From positions 48,778 through 112,777 of the forward strand of contig JAJRAK010000057.1 of the NCBI GenBank assembly GCA_028682895.1: 64,000 bases of DNA, read 5' to 3'. This document shows positions 1-8,936 of this stretch, piece after piece (the stretch's first letter is position 1; the number at the start of each line of letters is the position of its first letter). The notes beneath the pieces are model-generated. The model ran no database searches, was not told the origin of the DNA, and saw nothing but the letters and a program-made list of their open reading frames with translations. The stretch is from Methanomassiliicoccales archaeon. Lineage in GTDB: Archaea > Thermoplasmatota > Thermoplasmata > Methanomassiliicoccales > UBA472. The translations under genes and the position numbers were made by a program.

Positions 1-370
1 CCGTTGTGTGGCCGGGCACGGTGCCGCCCATGACCACCACCTTCCCCCTCTGGGACAGATGGTGCGCTTCCAAGATGTCGGTGGCGACCGTGTCCACGGC
101 CAGGCTGCCCAGGGCATGGATGACCAGGTTGGCGTTCATGCGCGTGACCATTATGCCCATGTCATCGAGCTCCGGCTCGGACAGTTCGAGGCCGCGGCCG
201 ACGTTGATGTAGTAGCGGGCGATCTTACCCCCGCCGCAGACCAGGTAGATCTGGTATTGCTCACAAAGTGGTGCTATCATTTCCGCAAAGTGCTTCAGGA
301 AGACGTCGTCATTGTCACCTGGAACGATGACAGATCCGCCGAGAGAAATAACGATCTTGTCCATGGTCAT
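1..370 (-). CDS. pyrH: UMP (uridylate) kinase, archaeal type; 5' part only, gene runs off the left edge of the window
   Basis: Absent from the ORF track because it has no stop inside the window. My translation of the minus strand from ATG 370-368 gives MTMDKIVISLGGSVIVPGDNDDVFLKHFAEMIAPLCEQYQIYLVCGGGKIARYYINVGRGLELSEPELDDMGIMVTRMNANLVIHAL...VVVMGGTVPGHTT. This is the amino-acid-kinase fold pattern of archaeal PyrH. The + strand ORFs 6..212 and 8..406 are antisense shadows. Confidence 0.8.
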   Translation of the reverse strand, partial: MTMDKIVISLGGSVIVPGDNDDVFLKHFAEMIAPLCEQYQIYLVCGGGKIARYYINVGRGLELSEPELDDMGIMVTRMNANLVIHALGSLAVDTVATDILEAHHLSQRGKVVVMGGTVPGHTT

Positions 371-430
371 ACCAACAGATATAAGCGAGAATCGTTTTCA
401 CTCTAAAAAAAGGATAGGTCGGTATTTGCG

Positions 431-1678
431 ATGGAAGGTGTGACAGGAGAGATACTCTCCGATCGTCAGAAATATGATTTCAAGAGGTCTCTGGAGGAGA
501 TCCAGAACTTGAAAGGGCGAGGTACTGAGCTCATATCAGTCTATGTACCGCCTGGCAAGCAGATATCGGATGTCGCCGCTTATCTTCGTGAAGAGTTCTC
601 ACAATCGTCCAACATCAAGTCCCAGGGCACGCGCAAGAACGTGCAGGGTGCCATCCAATCCATATTGGCCAGGCTGAAATATTTCAAGGCGCCCCCGGCC
701 AACGGCGTCATCTTCTTCGTGGGCGAGATATCGACCACTGGGGACCAGACCAGGATGGTCCAGTACGTGCTGGAGCCCCCGGACCCCATCTCAACTTTCC
801 TTTATAGATGCGATTCCGATTTCTACCTCGAACCGTTGCTGGGCATGCTGGTGGACAAGAAGGTCTACGGCCTAGTGGTCGTCGACCGCAGCGAGGCCAC
901 CATCGGTATCCTGCGCGGGAAGCGGATCAGCGTCGTGCGCAACTTCGATTCATTGGTGCCGAGCAAGCACCGAATGGGTGGCCAGTCCGCCCAACGTTTC
1001 GAGAGGCTCATCGAGATCGCGGCCAACGAGTACTACAAGAAGGTCAGCGACATCATGACCGAGGCCTTCCTGAACATAGAGGGATTGCAGGGCATCCTCA
1101 TCGGAGGTCCGGGACCGAGCAAGGAGTTCTTCCTGAAGGAGGGATACCTCCACCATGAGCTGGAGAAGAAGGTCATAGACACCTTCGACATCGGTTACAC
1201 GGACGAATACGGCCTGAAAGAGCTGGTGGAGAAGGCCAAGGACAAGCTCTACGACCTGGACCTGATGCGGGAAAAGCGTTTCTTCCTCAGGTTCATGGAG
1301 GAGATCCGCAAGAGCGAAGCGGGTCTTTCCGTGTATGGAGAGGACCAGATACGCCACGCCGTCACCATAGGGGCGGTGGACGTGTTGCTGGTGTCCGAAG
1401 GGTTACGGAAACGCCGCGTTACCGTAGAGTGCCCCGGATGCGGTATCATCGAAAGGACGATAGATAAGAGCCCTGAAGGGGCCACCATGCCTTGCCCCAA
1501 GTGCGGGACCGTCGGTACGGTCACGAAGGACATCGACCTGGTGGACGATCTTTTCGAGCAGGCTGAGCTCATGGGCACTAAGGTCGAGCTTATCTCGCCG
1601 GAGTCGGAGGAGGGGGAGATGCTCCTGAAGGCCTTCGGCGGCATAGCTGGACTTCTCAGATTCGCCATAGGTGCTTAA
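431..1678 (+). CDS. prf1: Peptide chain release factor aRF1
   Basis: 415 aa with the NIKS motif (SSNIKSQG), YxCxxxF (YRCDSDF) and the GGQ motif (MGGQSAQRFERL). A CxxC...CxxC mini-domain lies in the C-terminal domain. Confidence 0.95.
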   Translation: MEGVTGEILSDRQKYDFKRSLEEIQNLKGRGTELISVYVPPGKQISDVAAYLREEFSQSSNIKSQGTRKNVQGAIQSILARLKYFKAPPANGVIFFVGEISTTGDQTRMVQYVLEPPDPISTFLYRCDSDFYLEPLLGMLVDKKVYGLVVVDRSEATIGILRGKRISVVRNFDSLVPSKHRMGGQSAQRFERLIEIAANEYYKKVSDIMTEAFLNIEGLQGILIGGPGPSKEFFLKEGYLHHELEKKVIDTFDIGYTDEYGLKELVEKAKDKLYDLDLMREKRFFLRFMEEIRKSEAGLSVYGEDQIRHAVTIGAVDVLLVSEGLRKRRVTVECPGCGIIERTIDKSPEGATMPCPKCGTVGTVTKDIDLVDDLFEQAELMGTKVELISPESEEGEMLLKAFGGIAGLLRFAIGA

Positions 1679-3391
1679 ATGGACGTTCTAGGTCATTTCG
1701 AAAAGCATGTGAGGGAGAGGCTGTCCAAGGAGCTGGTCTTGCTGGGATATGAGGGGGACCTCATAATGGAGAGGCCGGACCATGAGATGGCGGATTTCGC
1801 CCTGCCGTGCTTCCAGTTCGCCAAGCAGTTACGGAAGGCGCCCCAGGTCATCGCCAAGGAGCTGTGCTCCGAGCTGACACCGGACGAGCTCATCAGCAAG
1901 GTCTGGGAGGACCGGGGATATCTCAACTTCCGTGTCAACGAGACGATGCTGGGGATGATGGTCGTACGAGATGCTTTGGACAGGCATGAGGACTTCGGCC
2001 GCGGCGATGCCCGCCAAGGCAGAGTGCTCCTGGAGCACACGTCCGTCAACCCTACTGGCCCCATCCATGTCGGTCGAGCGCGCAACCCTCTGATAGGCGA
2101 CACGCTGGCCAGGTGCCTGCGCATGTGCGGACATGACGTGAGCACCGAGTACTACGTGAACGACGTGGGCAAGCAGGTCGTGCTTTTAACATGGGCATTG
2201 GCGCATCTGAAGGAGAGCGATGTGCCCGTGGCGGACCGGCAGAAGGACGACCACCGGCTGGTCGGCTACTATCAAGTGGCCAATCGCATGATGGAATCGA
2301 CGCCGGAGGTGGCGGCCGACATCGCCCATATGACCCAGCGCTTCGAGGCCGGCGACCCTGAGGTGATATCTCAGGTCAGGAAGACCGTGGACATGATGCT
2401 GGAAGGGATCCGTCAGAGCCTTAGTGATATCAACGTGACCCTTGACCGTTATACCTACGAATCACAGTACATACTGGACGGGAGCGCCAGGAAGGTAGTG
2501 GACGACCTGAAGGCATCCAGCTATGCCGAGGTCGATGATGGAGGATATTTCCTCAACCTGGAGGAGTTCGGTGTGCACGGTCGCGACACCCGTTTCTTCT
2601 TCACCCGCAAGGACGGGACCACGCTCTATACCACCAGGGACCTGGCGTACCATATGGACAAGTTCGGCCGGGCCGACCAATTGATCAACATCCTGGGCGA
2701 GGACCAGAAGCTGGGACAGAAGCAGCTCGCCTCCGCACTGAAGATACTGGGCAAGGACGAGGCACCGGAGTGCGTGTTCTATTCGTTCGTCTCGCTTCCC
2801 GAAGGCCGTATGTCCACGCGGAAAGGGGTCGTCGTCTATCTCGACGATCTGCTGGACGAGGCGATCGAGCGCGCCTTCGCTGAAGTGTGCACAAGACGCC
2901 CGGACCTGGACGACGAGCATAAGAGGCAGATAGCCAGGGAGATCGGGGTCGGCGCTGTGCGTTACAATATAATCCGGGTGCAGGCAGAGAAGCAATTGAT
3001 ATTCAAATGGGAGGAGGCACTGAACTTCGAGGGCAACAGCGCCCCGTTCGTACAGTACGCCCACGCCCGCTGCTGCTCCATATTAAGGAAGACAGCAGAT
3101 TATAATAGAGAGGCCGACCTTTCCGTTCTATCAGACCCATACGAACGAAAGCTCATATGGATACTGGCACAGTTCCCAGAAGTTGTCAGGCAGGCGGGGG
3201 ACAAACGCCGCATAAACATGCTCCCGACCTACGGTCACGAGCTGGCCTCGGCCTTGAACCAGTTCTACGGTACCGTGCCAGTGCTGAGGTCCGAGCATCA
3301 GGATGCCAGGCTTTGTCTGGTGGAAGCGGTGCGATGGGCCCTCCGCAACACCCTGATGACCATGGGAATAGCCGCTCCGGAGGAGATGTGA
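1679..3391 (+). CDS. argS: Arginyl-tRNA synthetase
   Basis: 570 aa with class I HIGH-type motif (SVNPTGPIHVGRARN), an MSTRKG KMSK-like motif, and a C-terminal DALR anticodon-binding-like region ending in M. The start lies 1 nt after the prf1 stop. Confidence 0.95.
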   Translation: MDVLGHFEKHVRERLSKELVLLGYEGDLIMERPDHEMADFALPCFQFAKQLRKAPQVIAKELCSELTPDELISKVWEDRGYLNFRVNETMLGMMVVRDALDRHEDFGRGDARQGRVLLEHTSVNPTGPIHVGRARNPLIGDTLARCLRMCGHDVSTEYYVNDVGKQVVLLTWALAHLKESDVPVADRQKDDHRLVGYYQVANRMMESTPEVAADIAHMTQRFEAGDPEVISQVRKTVDMMLEGIRQSLSDINVTLDRYTYESQYILDGSARKVVDDLKASSYAEVDDGGYFLNLEEFGVHGRDTRFFFTRKDGTTLYTTRDLAYHMDKFGRADQLINILGEDQKLGQKQLASALKILGKDEAPECVFYSFVSLPEGRMSTRKGVVVYLDDLLDEAIERAFAEVCTRRPDLDDEHKRQIAREIGVGAVRYNIIRVQAEKQLIFKWEEALNFEGNSAPFVQYAHARCCSILRKTADYNREADLSVLSDPYERKLIWILAQFPEVVRQAGDKRRINMLPTYGHELASALNQFYGTVPVLRSEHQDARLCLVEAVRWALRNTLMTMGIAAPEEM

Positions 3392-3882
3392 TGGTAGACA
3401 TAAGGAAGGTCAAGGACGATGACAAGTCGCACGTAAGGACCCTGGAACTGTTCTGTATCAGGGAATATCTAGAGAGCTCCTTGCAGAAGAAGTGGGATGA
3501 TCTACCTTCCGAACTGATCGAGCAGCTGGGCGCTTCGGCCAAGGACTCCTTCGAGTTCTACCGGGACACCGGCCTTTCATACGTCGCCGTAGAGAAAGGC
3601 CAGGTGGTCGGCTTCCTGTTCTCGCAGATCATCGAGCATGTCAACAACATAGACAAGGTCCTGTGGATCGACAATGTCGGAGTGCACCCGGACCACCGCC
3701 GCAAGGGAGTGGGGCTCAAGCTGCTAAGGCGGGCCTCGATAGACGCCAAGAAGAAGGGCGCCAAGGCGGTCCAGAGCGTGCTCATGCCCGACAGCAAGAA
3801 CGCGGTGATGCTGCACAAGAAGGCCGGTTTCTTCCTAGATGGCAGGAAGTTCGCCTTCCTGGACCTCGAGAACTTCGAGTGA
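3391..3882 (+). CDS. GNAT family N-acetyltransferase
   Basis: ATG at 3391 overlaps the argS TGA (TGATG). It carries the acetyl-CoA binding motif VGVHPDHRRKGVGLKLL. The longer track ORF from 3157 is in frame but overlaps argS. Confidence 0.75.
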   Translation: MVDIRKVKDDDKSHVRTLELFCIREYLESSLQKKWDDLPSELIEQLGASAKDSFEFYRDTGLSYVAVEKGQVVGFLFSQIIEHVNNIDKVLWIDNVGVHPDHRRKGVGLKLLRRASIDAKKKGAKAVQSVLMPDSKNAVMLHKKAGFFLDGRKFAFLDLENFE

Positions 3883-4617
3883 TCAGAACTGGAGGATGAA
3901 CTCCTCCTTTCCGTATTTTTCCTTTATCAGCTCGTCCACCCGCTCGTTCTCCCTATTATTCACCGGTATGGGGACCAGCCTTTCTTTTAGCACATCGGAG
4001 AATGCGCTCACCAATGCGGACCTGACCTCGTTCATCTGCACCTTGCGCCCTAGGACCTCGGTGATGCAGGTCATCTCGTCGCGTGAGCGCGAGCGTTTGT
4101 CCTGCCGGGGGCGGAGCACACGGACCATGCGGTCCAGGTCCGTATCGACAAGGACGGTCCCGTGTACCAGCAGCATACCGTGCTTCCGTGTCTGGGCACT
4201 GCCCGATATCTTCTTGCCTTGGCAGAGGACGTCGTTCGGCGGCTTGTGCTCTGCCACTATGCCCATGGACATCAGGGCGGAGACCAGGGCCGAACACGTC
4301 ATTTTGTAGGCGTCCTCCGGACTACCGTACGCCTCCTGGCCAATGGTAAGCGAGAATATCAGCTGCCCACTGTCCGTATAGATCGAGCTCCCCCCGGACA
4401 TGCGCCTCACCAGGAAGACGTTCTCCCGCTCGAGCGCTGCGATTTTCACCGCCTCTTCTACCTTCTCGAAGTACCCCAGGGATATGGTCGGCCTGTCTCG
4501 GACGTAAAGATGGAGCGTTGGCGGCATCAGTCCCCGCGAACAAGATTCCACGATGGCCTCTTCCAGGGCGACCGAGCGCAAAGGATGGCATACGCCGGAG
4601 TCGATCAAACGGTACAT
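3883..4617 (-). CDS. lplA: Lipoate-protein ligase A catalytic domain protein (BPL/LPL family)
   Basis: 244 aa with RRMSGGSSIYTD and KISGSAQTRKHGMLLVHGTVLVDTDL, typical LplA catalytic-domain motifs. It resembles the short Thermoplasma-type LplA that lacks the C-terminal accessory domain. Confidence 0.75.
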   Translation of the reverse strand: MYRLIDSGVCHPLRSVALEEAIVESCSRGLMPPTLHLYVRDRPTISLGYFEKVEEAVKIAALERENVFLVRRMSGGSSIYTDSGQLIFSLTIGQEAYGSPEDAYKMTCSALVSALMSMGIVAEHKPPNDVLCQGKKISGSAQTRKHGMLLVHGTVLVDTDLDRMVRVLRPRQDKRSRSRDEMTCITEVLGRKVQMNEVRSALVSAFSDVLKERLVPIPVNNRENERVDELIKEKYGKEEFILQF

Positions 4618-4656
4618 AAAAAGGAAAAATAAAGGAAGGGGTTAAAGGGTTTTGGT

Positions 4657-7569
4657 CTACTTCTTCTTGGCCGGAGCGGTCTTCTCGGTCTTGTCCTTCT
4701 TCTTGCCGCCTATCTTGGGCAGCTTCTTCCTGAACAGGAAGAGGACGATGACCACTATGACCACTGCGAAGATACCACCGTAGAGCAACCAGGCCCTCCA
4801 GGCGGCCTCGTTGACCGTCAGGGACTTGGTCGAGATGTTGTCATCCATGACCGAGGTGTGCTCATCGTTGGCAGTGACGTTCACCTGCAAGGTGTAGTCG
4901 CCCTGGGACCCGAAGGAGTACTCGATGACGATTATGCCGGTCTCATCGATAAGGAGGACATTTGCCTCGGTGTCGTTGACCAGCAGCTTGCTGTCATCGG
5001 TCATCAGGGTCAGGTCTCCATCGCTGTTCATCTTGAAGAGCTTGGCCACGATACCATATGCATCAGCGGTACCGACGTTGGTGACGTTGATGTATATCTT
5101 GCCTGACGAACCCTCGGTGAACTCATCGGGATCGAAGTCCACTGAGTTGATGCGTATGTCCGGGCGTGCAGAGGACGTGATCTTCAGGCTGGTCACCTTG
5201 TAGGCCACGTTCCCGGCCGCGTCGGTCAACGTCAGGTTCACCTTGTAGGTGGCGATACTGGTGTAGGTGTGGTTCGGTGCCGCCTCGGTGGTGTTGGTGC
5301 CGTCGCCGAAGTCCCAGAAGTAGCTGACTATCTCGCTGGCGTCAGAGGACGCGGAGGCGTTGAAGTACAGGGTCTGGTTCTCTACAGCGGTGGTTACCTT
5401 GCTGCCGTTGTACTTTATGGTGTACGAGACGGTGGGAGCCACGGTATCCAAGACCGTTACGTTGATCTTCTTCACGGTGGTGTGGTTGGCCACATCGGTC
5501 ACGTTCAGGTAGGCGGTGAAGTTGCCAGAGCTGGTCCATATGTAGGTCACGGTCTCGTTCTCACCGATCAATACGGTGGTAGTGTTGCCGTCGCCCCAGT
5601 CCCAGATGTAGCTGTAGATCAGCCCGTTGTCCAGGGCGTTGCTGATGGCATCAGTGCAGTTGTAGCTGTCGAAGACCACCTCAGCGTTCTGGTCAACGGT
5701 TATGTTGGTCTCGACGGTGGTGTCGTTCAGGGTGACATTGATCACCGGGTTGACGCCATCTGCGTAGACCATGAAGTCAGCGTAATCCACGTAACCGGTC
5801 TGGTCGGTCACGGTCAGGTTGACCGTGTACTGGCCAGCGACGGTGTAGATGTGCACGTTGGTCGCATCATAGGTGGTGTTGACCGCACCATCGCCGTATT
5901 TCCAGGTGTAGATCAGAGGGTTGTCGTTGGGGTCCTCGGATCCGCTGGCGGAGAAAGTGGTGTTGACATCGGTGGAGACAATGTAGTACAGAAGCTCGGA
6001 ATCATTGTCCAAGACCTCGTATGCATCATCGCCGGTGACAACGGCGGCCTCGGCCGTCGGGCCCTCGGATATCTCGACCGTCAGGGTGGCGTATCCGGTC
6101 TTGACGGAGGATGCGTTGATCAGAACGTCGGTATATCCGGTCACCACGATGGTGGTAGGGCTGGTGACGTTGCCGACCAGCTCATAGATGTCATCGCCAC
6201 TGGGCAGGGACAGCAGATAGCTGTACTCCCAGTAGGCGGTAGTCTTGTCGGTGTATACCTTCACGCTGTAGTCGTCCTCGCCGTTCACTATGGTCTTGTT
6301 AGTGGAGTAATCAACGACGGAGACCATCTGGAAAGATGCGGTGCTGGTGACTGAGGCGGCCAATCCCGTAAGGGTGTAGGTCACGTCGTCCTCGGACACG
6401 TACATCGAGTTGGTGTCGACGGTCAGCAGACCCTCGGTAGTAACGTCGAAGGGACCATATGATTCGATTTCGGCCTTGAACAATTCTACCTCGGCAGCGC
6501 TCAAGATGCCGTTTCCATCCCCAAGGGCTAGATCAATCTGGAGCCTGAGGTTGGGCAGATATGAATAGTCCATGCCGGGAACGGTCATGTCGAAGTCGGT
6601 ACCGTTCATATAAGTGGTCAGGACCAGTGTGTTCCACTCATCGGCGGAGTATGAGAACGACTTCAGATTGCTCTGCTCGTTCTGAGCCTCCAGGGCTATT
6701 GTGGTCACTGTCTTGACGGATATGGTGACGGTCGCGATCTTGGCCAGGCCACCATCAGCGTCGACCAGCAGATAGAAGGTACCAGCGTAGGCGTCGAAGT
6801 AGAAGTAGTTAGAGTTGATCGTAGCAGCGATTATCTTGCTCTCCGGTGAGGACAGAGGGGTGCTCGTGTCCACCAGGTATGCTACGACATCAGATGCTGC
6901 GGAGCCTTCCACGGTGACGGTCCCACTGTAGGATATGGAGGTGGAAAGGCTGACGTTCGATATCTCATCGCCATTCACGGTCAGAGAGTAGGACTCGGTC
7001 GCGTAGTACTTCTTAGACACGATGACGGTGAAGTCCCCATCATACAGGGAGATGGTCTGTACACCAGTAGAGTTGGTCGTACCGGTGGCTACTGTCTGGG
7101 TCACACCATCGTGCGTCTCTTGGACGGTGATGGTGGCGCCGGAGATGGCGGTGGAACCACTGGTCACGTTGAACAGTACGGAGTTGTCGGCAGTGCCGGT
7201 CTCAGTAAGCTCAGCGATGCCCAGGTTCACATTGGTCTGGCCATCGAACCGTATGATGTCGTCATAGACATAATCATAGTATCCATCTGCGGAGATGGTG
7301 AGGCGGTAGTATCCGACCTCGGGTGTGAACTCGACGAGCCCGGCCACATCGGATGTGTCAGTTTCAGCATCGATAGAACTATCGCGCACTTCCGTAAGGG
7401 TAGCCGTAGCGTCTTCAAGCGGGCCATCGTCATTAAACACGTTGATCGATAGAGTCGTCGCGGTCGTACTGGCACTGACGCTCGGGGTCACCATGACCGC
7501 GAACGGCATGGCGAGGAGCGTTAGGACCATCAAACCGGTCGCTAGCTTCCAGGTCTTATTCAATTGCAT
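4657..7569 (-). CDS. Large cell-surface glycoprotein with PKD domains, N-terminal signal peptide and C-terminal TM anchor
   Basis: 970 aa. The N-terminal signal is MQLNKTWKLATGLMVLTLLAMPFAVMVTPSVSAS. There are three PKD signatures (YTWKYGDG, YIWDWGDG, YFWDFGDGT). The C-terminal hydrophobic helix is followed by a Lys-rich tail (FRKKLPKIGGKKKDKTEKTAPAKKK). It contains roughly 35 N-x-S/T sequons and ends in a TAG stop. Confidence 0.8.
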   Translation of the reverse strand: MQLNKTWKLATGLMVLTLLAMPFAVMVTPSVSASTTATTLSINVFNDDGPLEDATATLTEVRDSSIDAETDTSDVAGLVEFTPEVGYYRLTISADGYYDYVYDDIIRFDGQTNVNLGIAELTETGTADNSVLFNVTSGSTAISGATITVQETHDGVTQTVATGTTNSTGVQTISLYDGDFTVIVSKKYYATESYSLTVNGDEISNVSLSTSISYSGTVTVEGSAASDVVAYLVDTSTPLSSPESKIIAATINSNYFYFDAYAGTFYLLVDADGGLAKIATVTISVKTVTTIALEAQNEQSNLKSFSYSADEWNTLVLTTYMNGTDFDMTVPGMDYSYLPNLRLQIDLALGDGNGILSAAEVELFKAEIESYGPFDVTTEGLLTVDTNSMYVSEDDVTYTLTGLAASVTSTASFQMVSVVDYSTNKTIVNGEDDYSVKVYTDKTTAYWEYSYLLSLPSGDDIYELVGNVTSPTTIVVTGYTDVLINASSVKTGYATLTVEISEGPTAEAAVVTGDDAYEVLDNDSELLYYIVSTDVNTTFSASGSEDPNDNPLIYTWKYGDGAVNTTYDATNVHIYTVAGQYTVNLTVTDQTGYVDYADFMVYADGVNPVINVTLNDTTVETNITVDQNAEVVFDSYNCTDAISNALDNGLIYSYIWDWGDGNTTTVLIGENETVTYIWTSSGNFTAYLNVTDVANHTTVKKINVTVLDTVAPTVSYTIKYNGSKVTTAVENQTLYFNASASSDASEIVSYFWDFGDGTNTTEAAPNHTYTSIATYKVNLTLTDAAGNVAYKVTSLKITSSARPDIRINSVDFDPDEFTEGSSGKIYINVTNVGTADAYGIVAKLFKMNSDGDLTLMTDDSKLLVNDTEANVLLIDETGIIVIEYSFGSQGDYTLQVNVTANDEHTSVMDDNISTKSLTVNEAAWRAWLLYGGIFAVVIVVIVLFLFRKKLPKIGGKKKDKTEKTAPAKKK

Positions 7570-7643
7570 TATTTCCCTCCCTCACGATAGGCGCACCTAT
7601 TGTGCATACTGAGTCTCGGGTTAACTTCGGAATACCGTTGCCA

Positions 7644-7651
7644 TTTATAAA
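7644..7651 (-). promoter_or_regulatory. Candidate TATA box (TTTATAAA) upstream of the PKD surface-protein gene
   Basis: A palindromic TTTATAAA lies about 75 nt upstream of ATG 7569. A strong Shine-Dalgarno-like GAGGGAGGG sits directly before the ATG. Function was not tested. Confidence 0.4.
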
Positions 7652-7723
7652 GGTTATCCAAGTCATGAAAATCACTGGCCAATAATAAAATAGTTTGAAG
7701 GAAAGGGTTTCCGAACATTCGTC

Positions 7724-8881
7724 TCAGGTGACTATCTCGGGAATACGCCCCTCGTCCACTGCGCGCCTGATCTCCATGGCCAGCCTGCGACCGGTGCTCA
7801 TGCTCCTCCGCCAAAGGGAGTTACCGTAGGGATGACCGACGGACATGTGGACGTTAGTACCTCCGCCGATGCGTGGCGCCACGTCATAGATGAAGAAGTG
7901 CAGGTCCTTGTCGACACAGGTCTGCAGACAGAACGGACCGATCATCCCAGGGGAGAAATGCTTCTCCGCGGCCTTGATGAACTTCTCGGCCAGCTCGAAG
8001 GCCCCGTCCAGAAGCGACTCCCTCATCGTAGATGAATTATGTCCGCAGACAGTGTACTCGGGTATGCGCTGCGCATCGTTCAGCGCCAGCTGCTGCTCTG
8101 CCGGCAATCGGACGAAGCCATCCAACGATGATTCGAACCTCCAGTCTATGCCGAGCAGCTCGATCCGGCTTCCCTTCTCTTCCAGCGGGGAACAGAAGAA
8201 GTCCAGGTTGAAGACCGGCCCGATGATGTACTCCTCCATGCGGGCCTCGGACAGGGACCCTTCTTCGATGACGCCCTGTGAGATGAGCTTCTGCGACTTC
8301 TCCTGGTACTCCTTGAAGGAGGAGGCGGTGAAGAATCCGCGCTCCAACTTCTTTTGTTTGTGGTGGAGCTTGACGATGGTCAGAGCGCTGATGTCCCTGG
8401 GGTCCTTGACCTTCCTGGGCGAGGGCATCCCGGCCTGGTCCAGCAACCAATAGTAATCCTTCTCCCCACCGCGGTCCTCGCAGCGCAGGAGGTTCCTGGA
8501 ACCGACCATCGGCACGTTGAAGTCGTTCTCAACGGCATCGATCCCGCAGTATGAGGTGAACGAGCGGTTGGGAACGAAGAGCACGTTCTCCTTCAGCAAA
8601 CGTTCCATGACCTTGGGGGTGGTGGCCTCCTTGAACTTGTTGAGCATGATCGCCTCGTCCACGATGCCCCTTCTTACCTTCCCGTCGGTCCCACGGAACG
8701 CCTTGAAGTATTTCGTGTAGGCGGAATCGCGTCCTTCCTGACATACTGCCAGCGTATGAAAGCCTTCTTCCACCGCCCCGTCGCAAACATCTAGCGCGGA
8801 GTGGGAAGCGAGCACGCCGATCTTGATCTTCTTTGGATCGTACCTTTGCAGATTGGCTATGATGGTATCCCTGTCGATCAT
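7724..8881 (-). CDS. purP: 5-formaminoimidazole-4-carboxamide ribonucleotide (FAICAR) synthetase, ATP-grasp, archaeal
   Basis: 385 aa. The N-terminus (IKIGVLASHSALDVCDGAVEEGFHTLAVCQEGRD..YTKYF) and the overall ATP-grasp layout match archaeal PurP as I remember it. Confidence 0.8.
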   Translation of the reverse strand: MIDRDTIIANLQRYDPKKIKIGVLASHSALDVCDGAVEEGFHTLAVCQEGRDSAYTKYFKAFRGTDGKVRRGIVDEAIMLNKFKEATTPKVMERLLKENVLFVPNRSFTSYCGIDAVENDFNVPMVGSRNLLRCEDRGGEKDYYWLLDQAGMPSPRKVKDPRDISALTIVKLHHKQKKLERGFFTASSFKEYQEKSQKLISQGVIEEGSLSEARMEEYIIGPVFNLDFFCSPLEEKGSRIELLGIDWRFESSLDGFVRLPAEQQLALNDAQRIPEYTVCGHNSSTMRESLLDGAFELAEKFIKAAEKHFSPGMIGPFCLQTCVDKDLHFFIYDVAPRIGGGTNVHMSVGHPYGNSLWRRSMSTGRRLAMEIRRAVDEGRIPEIVT

Positions 8882-8936
8882 TCAGGTCCCTCGAGGATGA
8901 TTAGGGAATGTCCCATAGCATATTAAGTTGTGCCAA

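Noticed and set aside
1430-1504. A CxxC...CxxC zinc-ribbon-like insertion (CPGCG...CPKCG) sits in the C-terminal domain of aRF1.
   Set aside because: It lies where eRF1/aRF1 carry their known mini-domain. I believe similar Cys pairs occur in many euryarchaeal aRF1 sequences, so it is probably typical of the family rather than novel. I could not verify this without an alignment.
5269-6354. Long ORFs lie antisense to real genes. Examples are 5269..6354 (+, 361 aa), 33016..34173 (+, 385 aa), 50296..51324 (-, 342 aa), 58528..59499 (-, 323 aa), 38544..39320 (+), 29650..30384 (+) and 12912..13604 (-).
   Set aside because: Their translations are low-complexity and rich in Arg, Gly, Pro, His, Val and Asp, with no recognisable motifs. 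Each lies exactly opposite a gene with a clear family signature. This is the usual stop-codon-poor shadow frame of GC-rich DNA.
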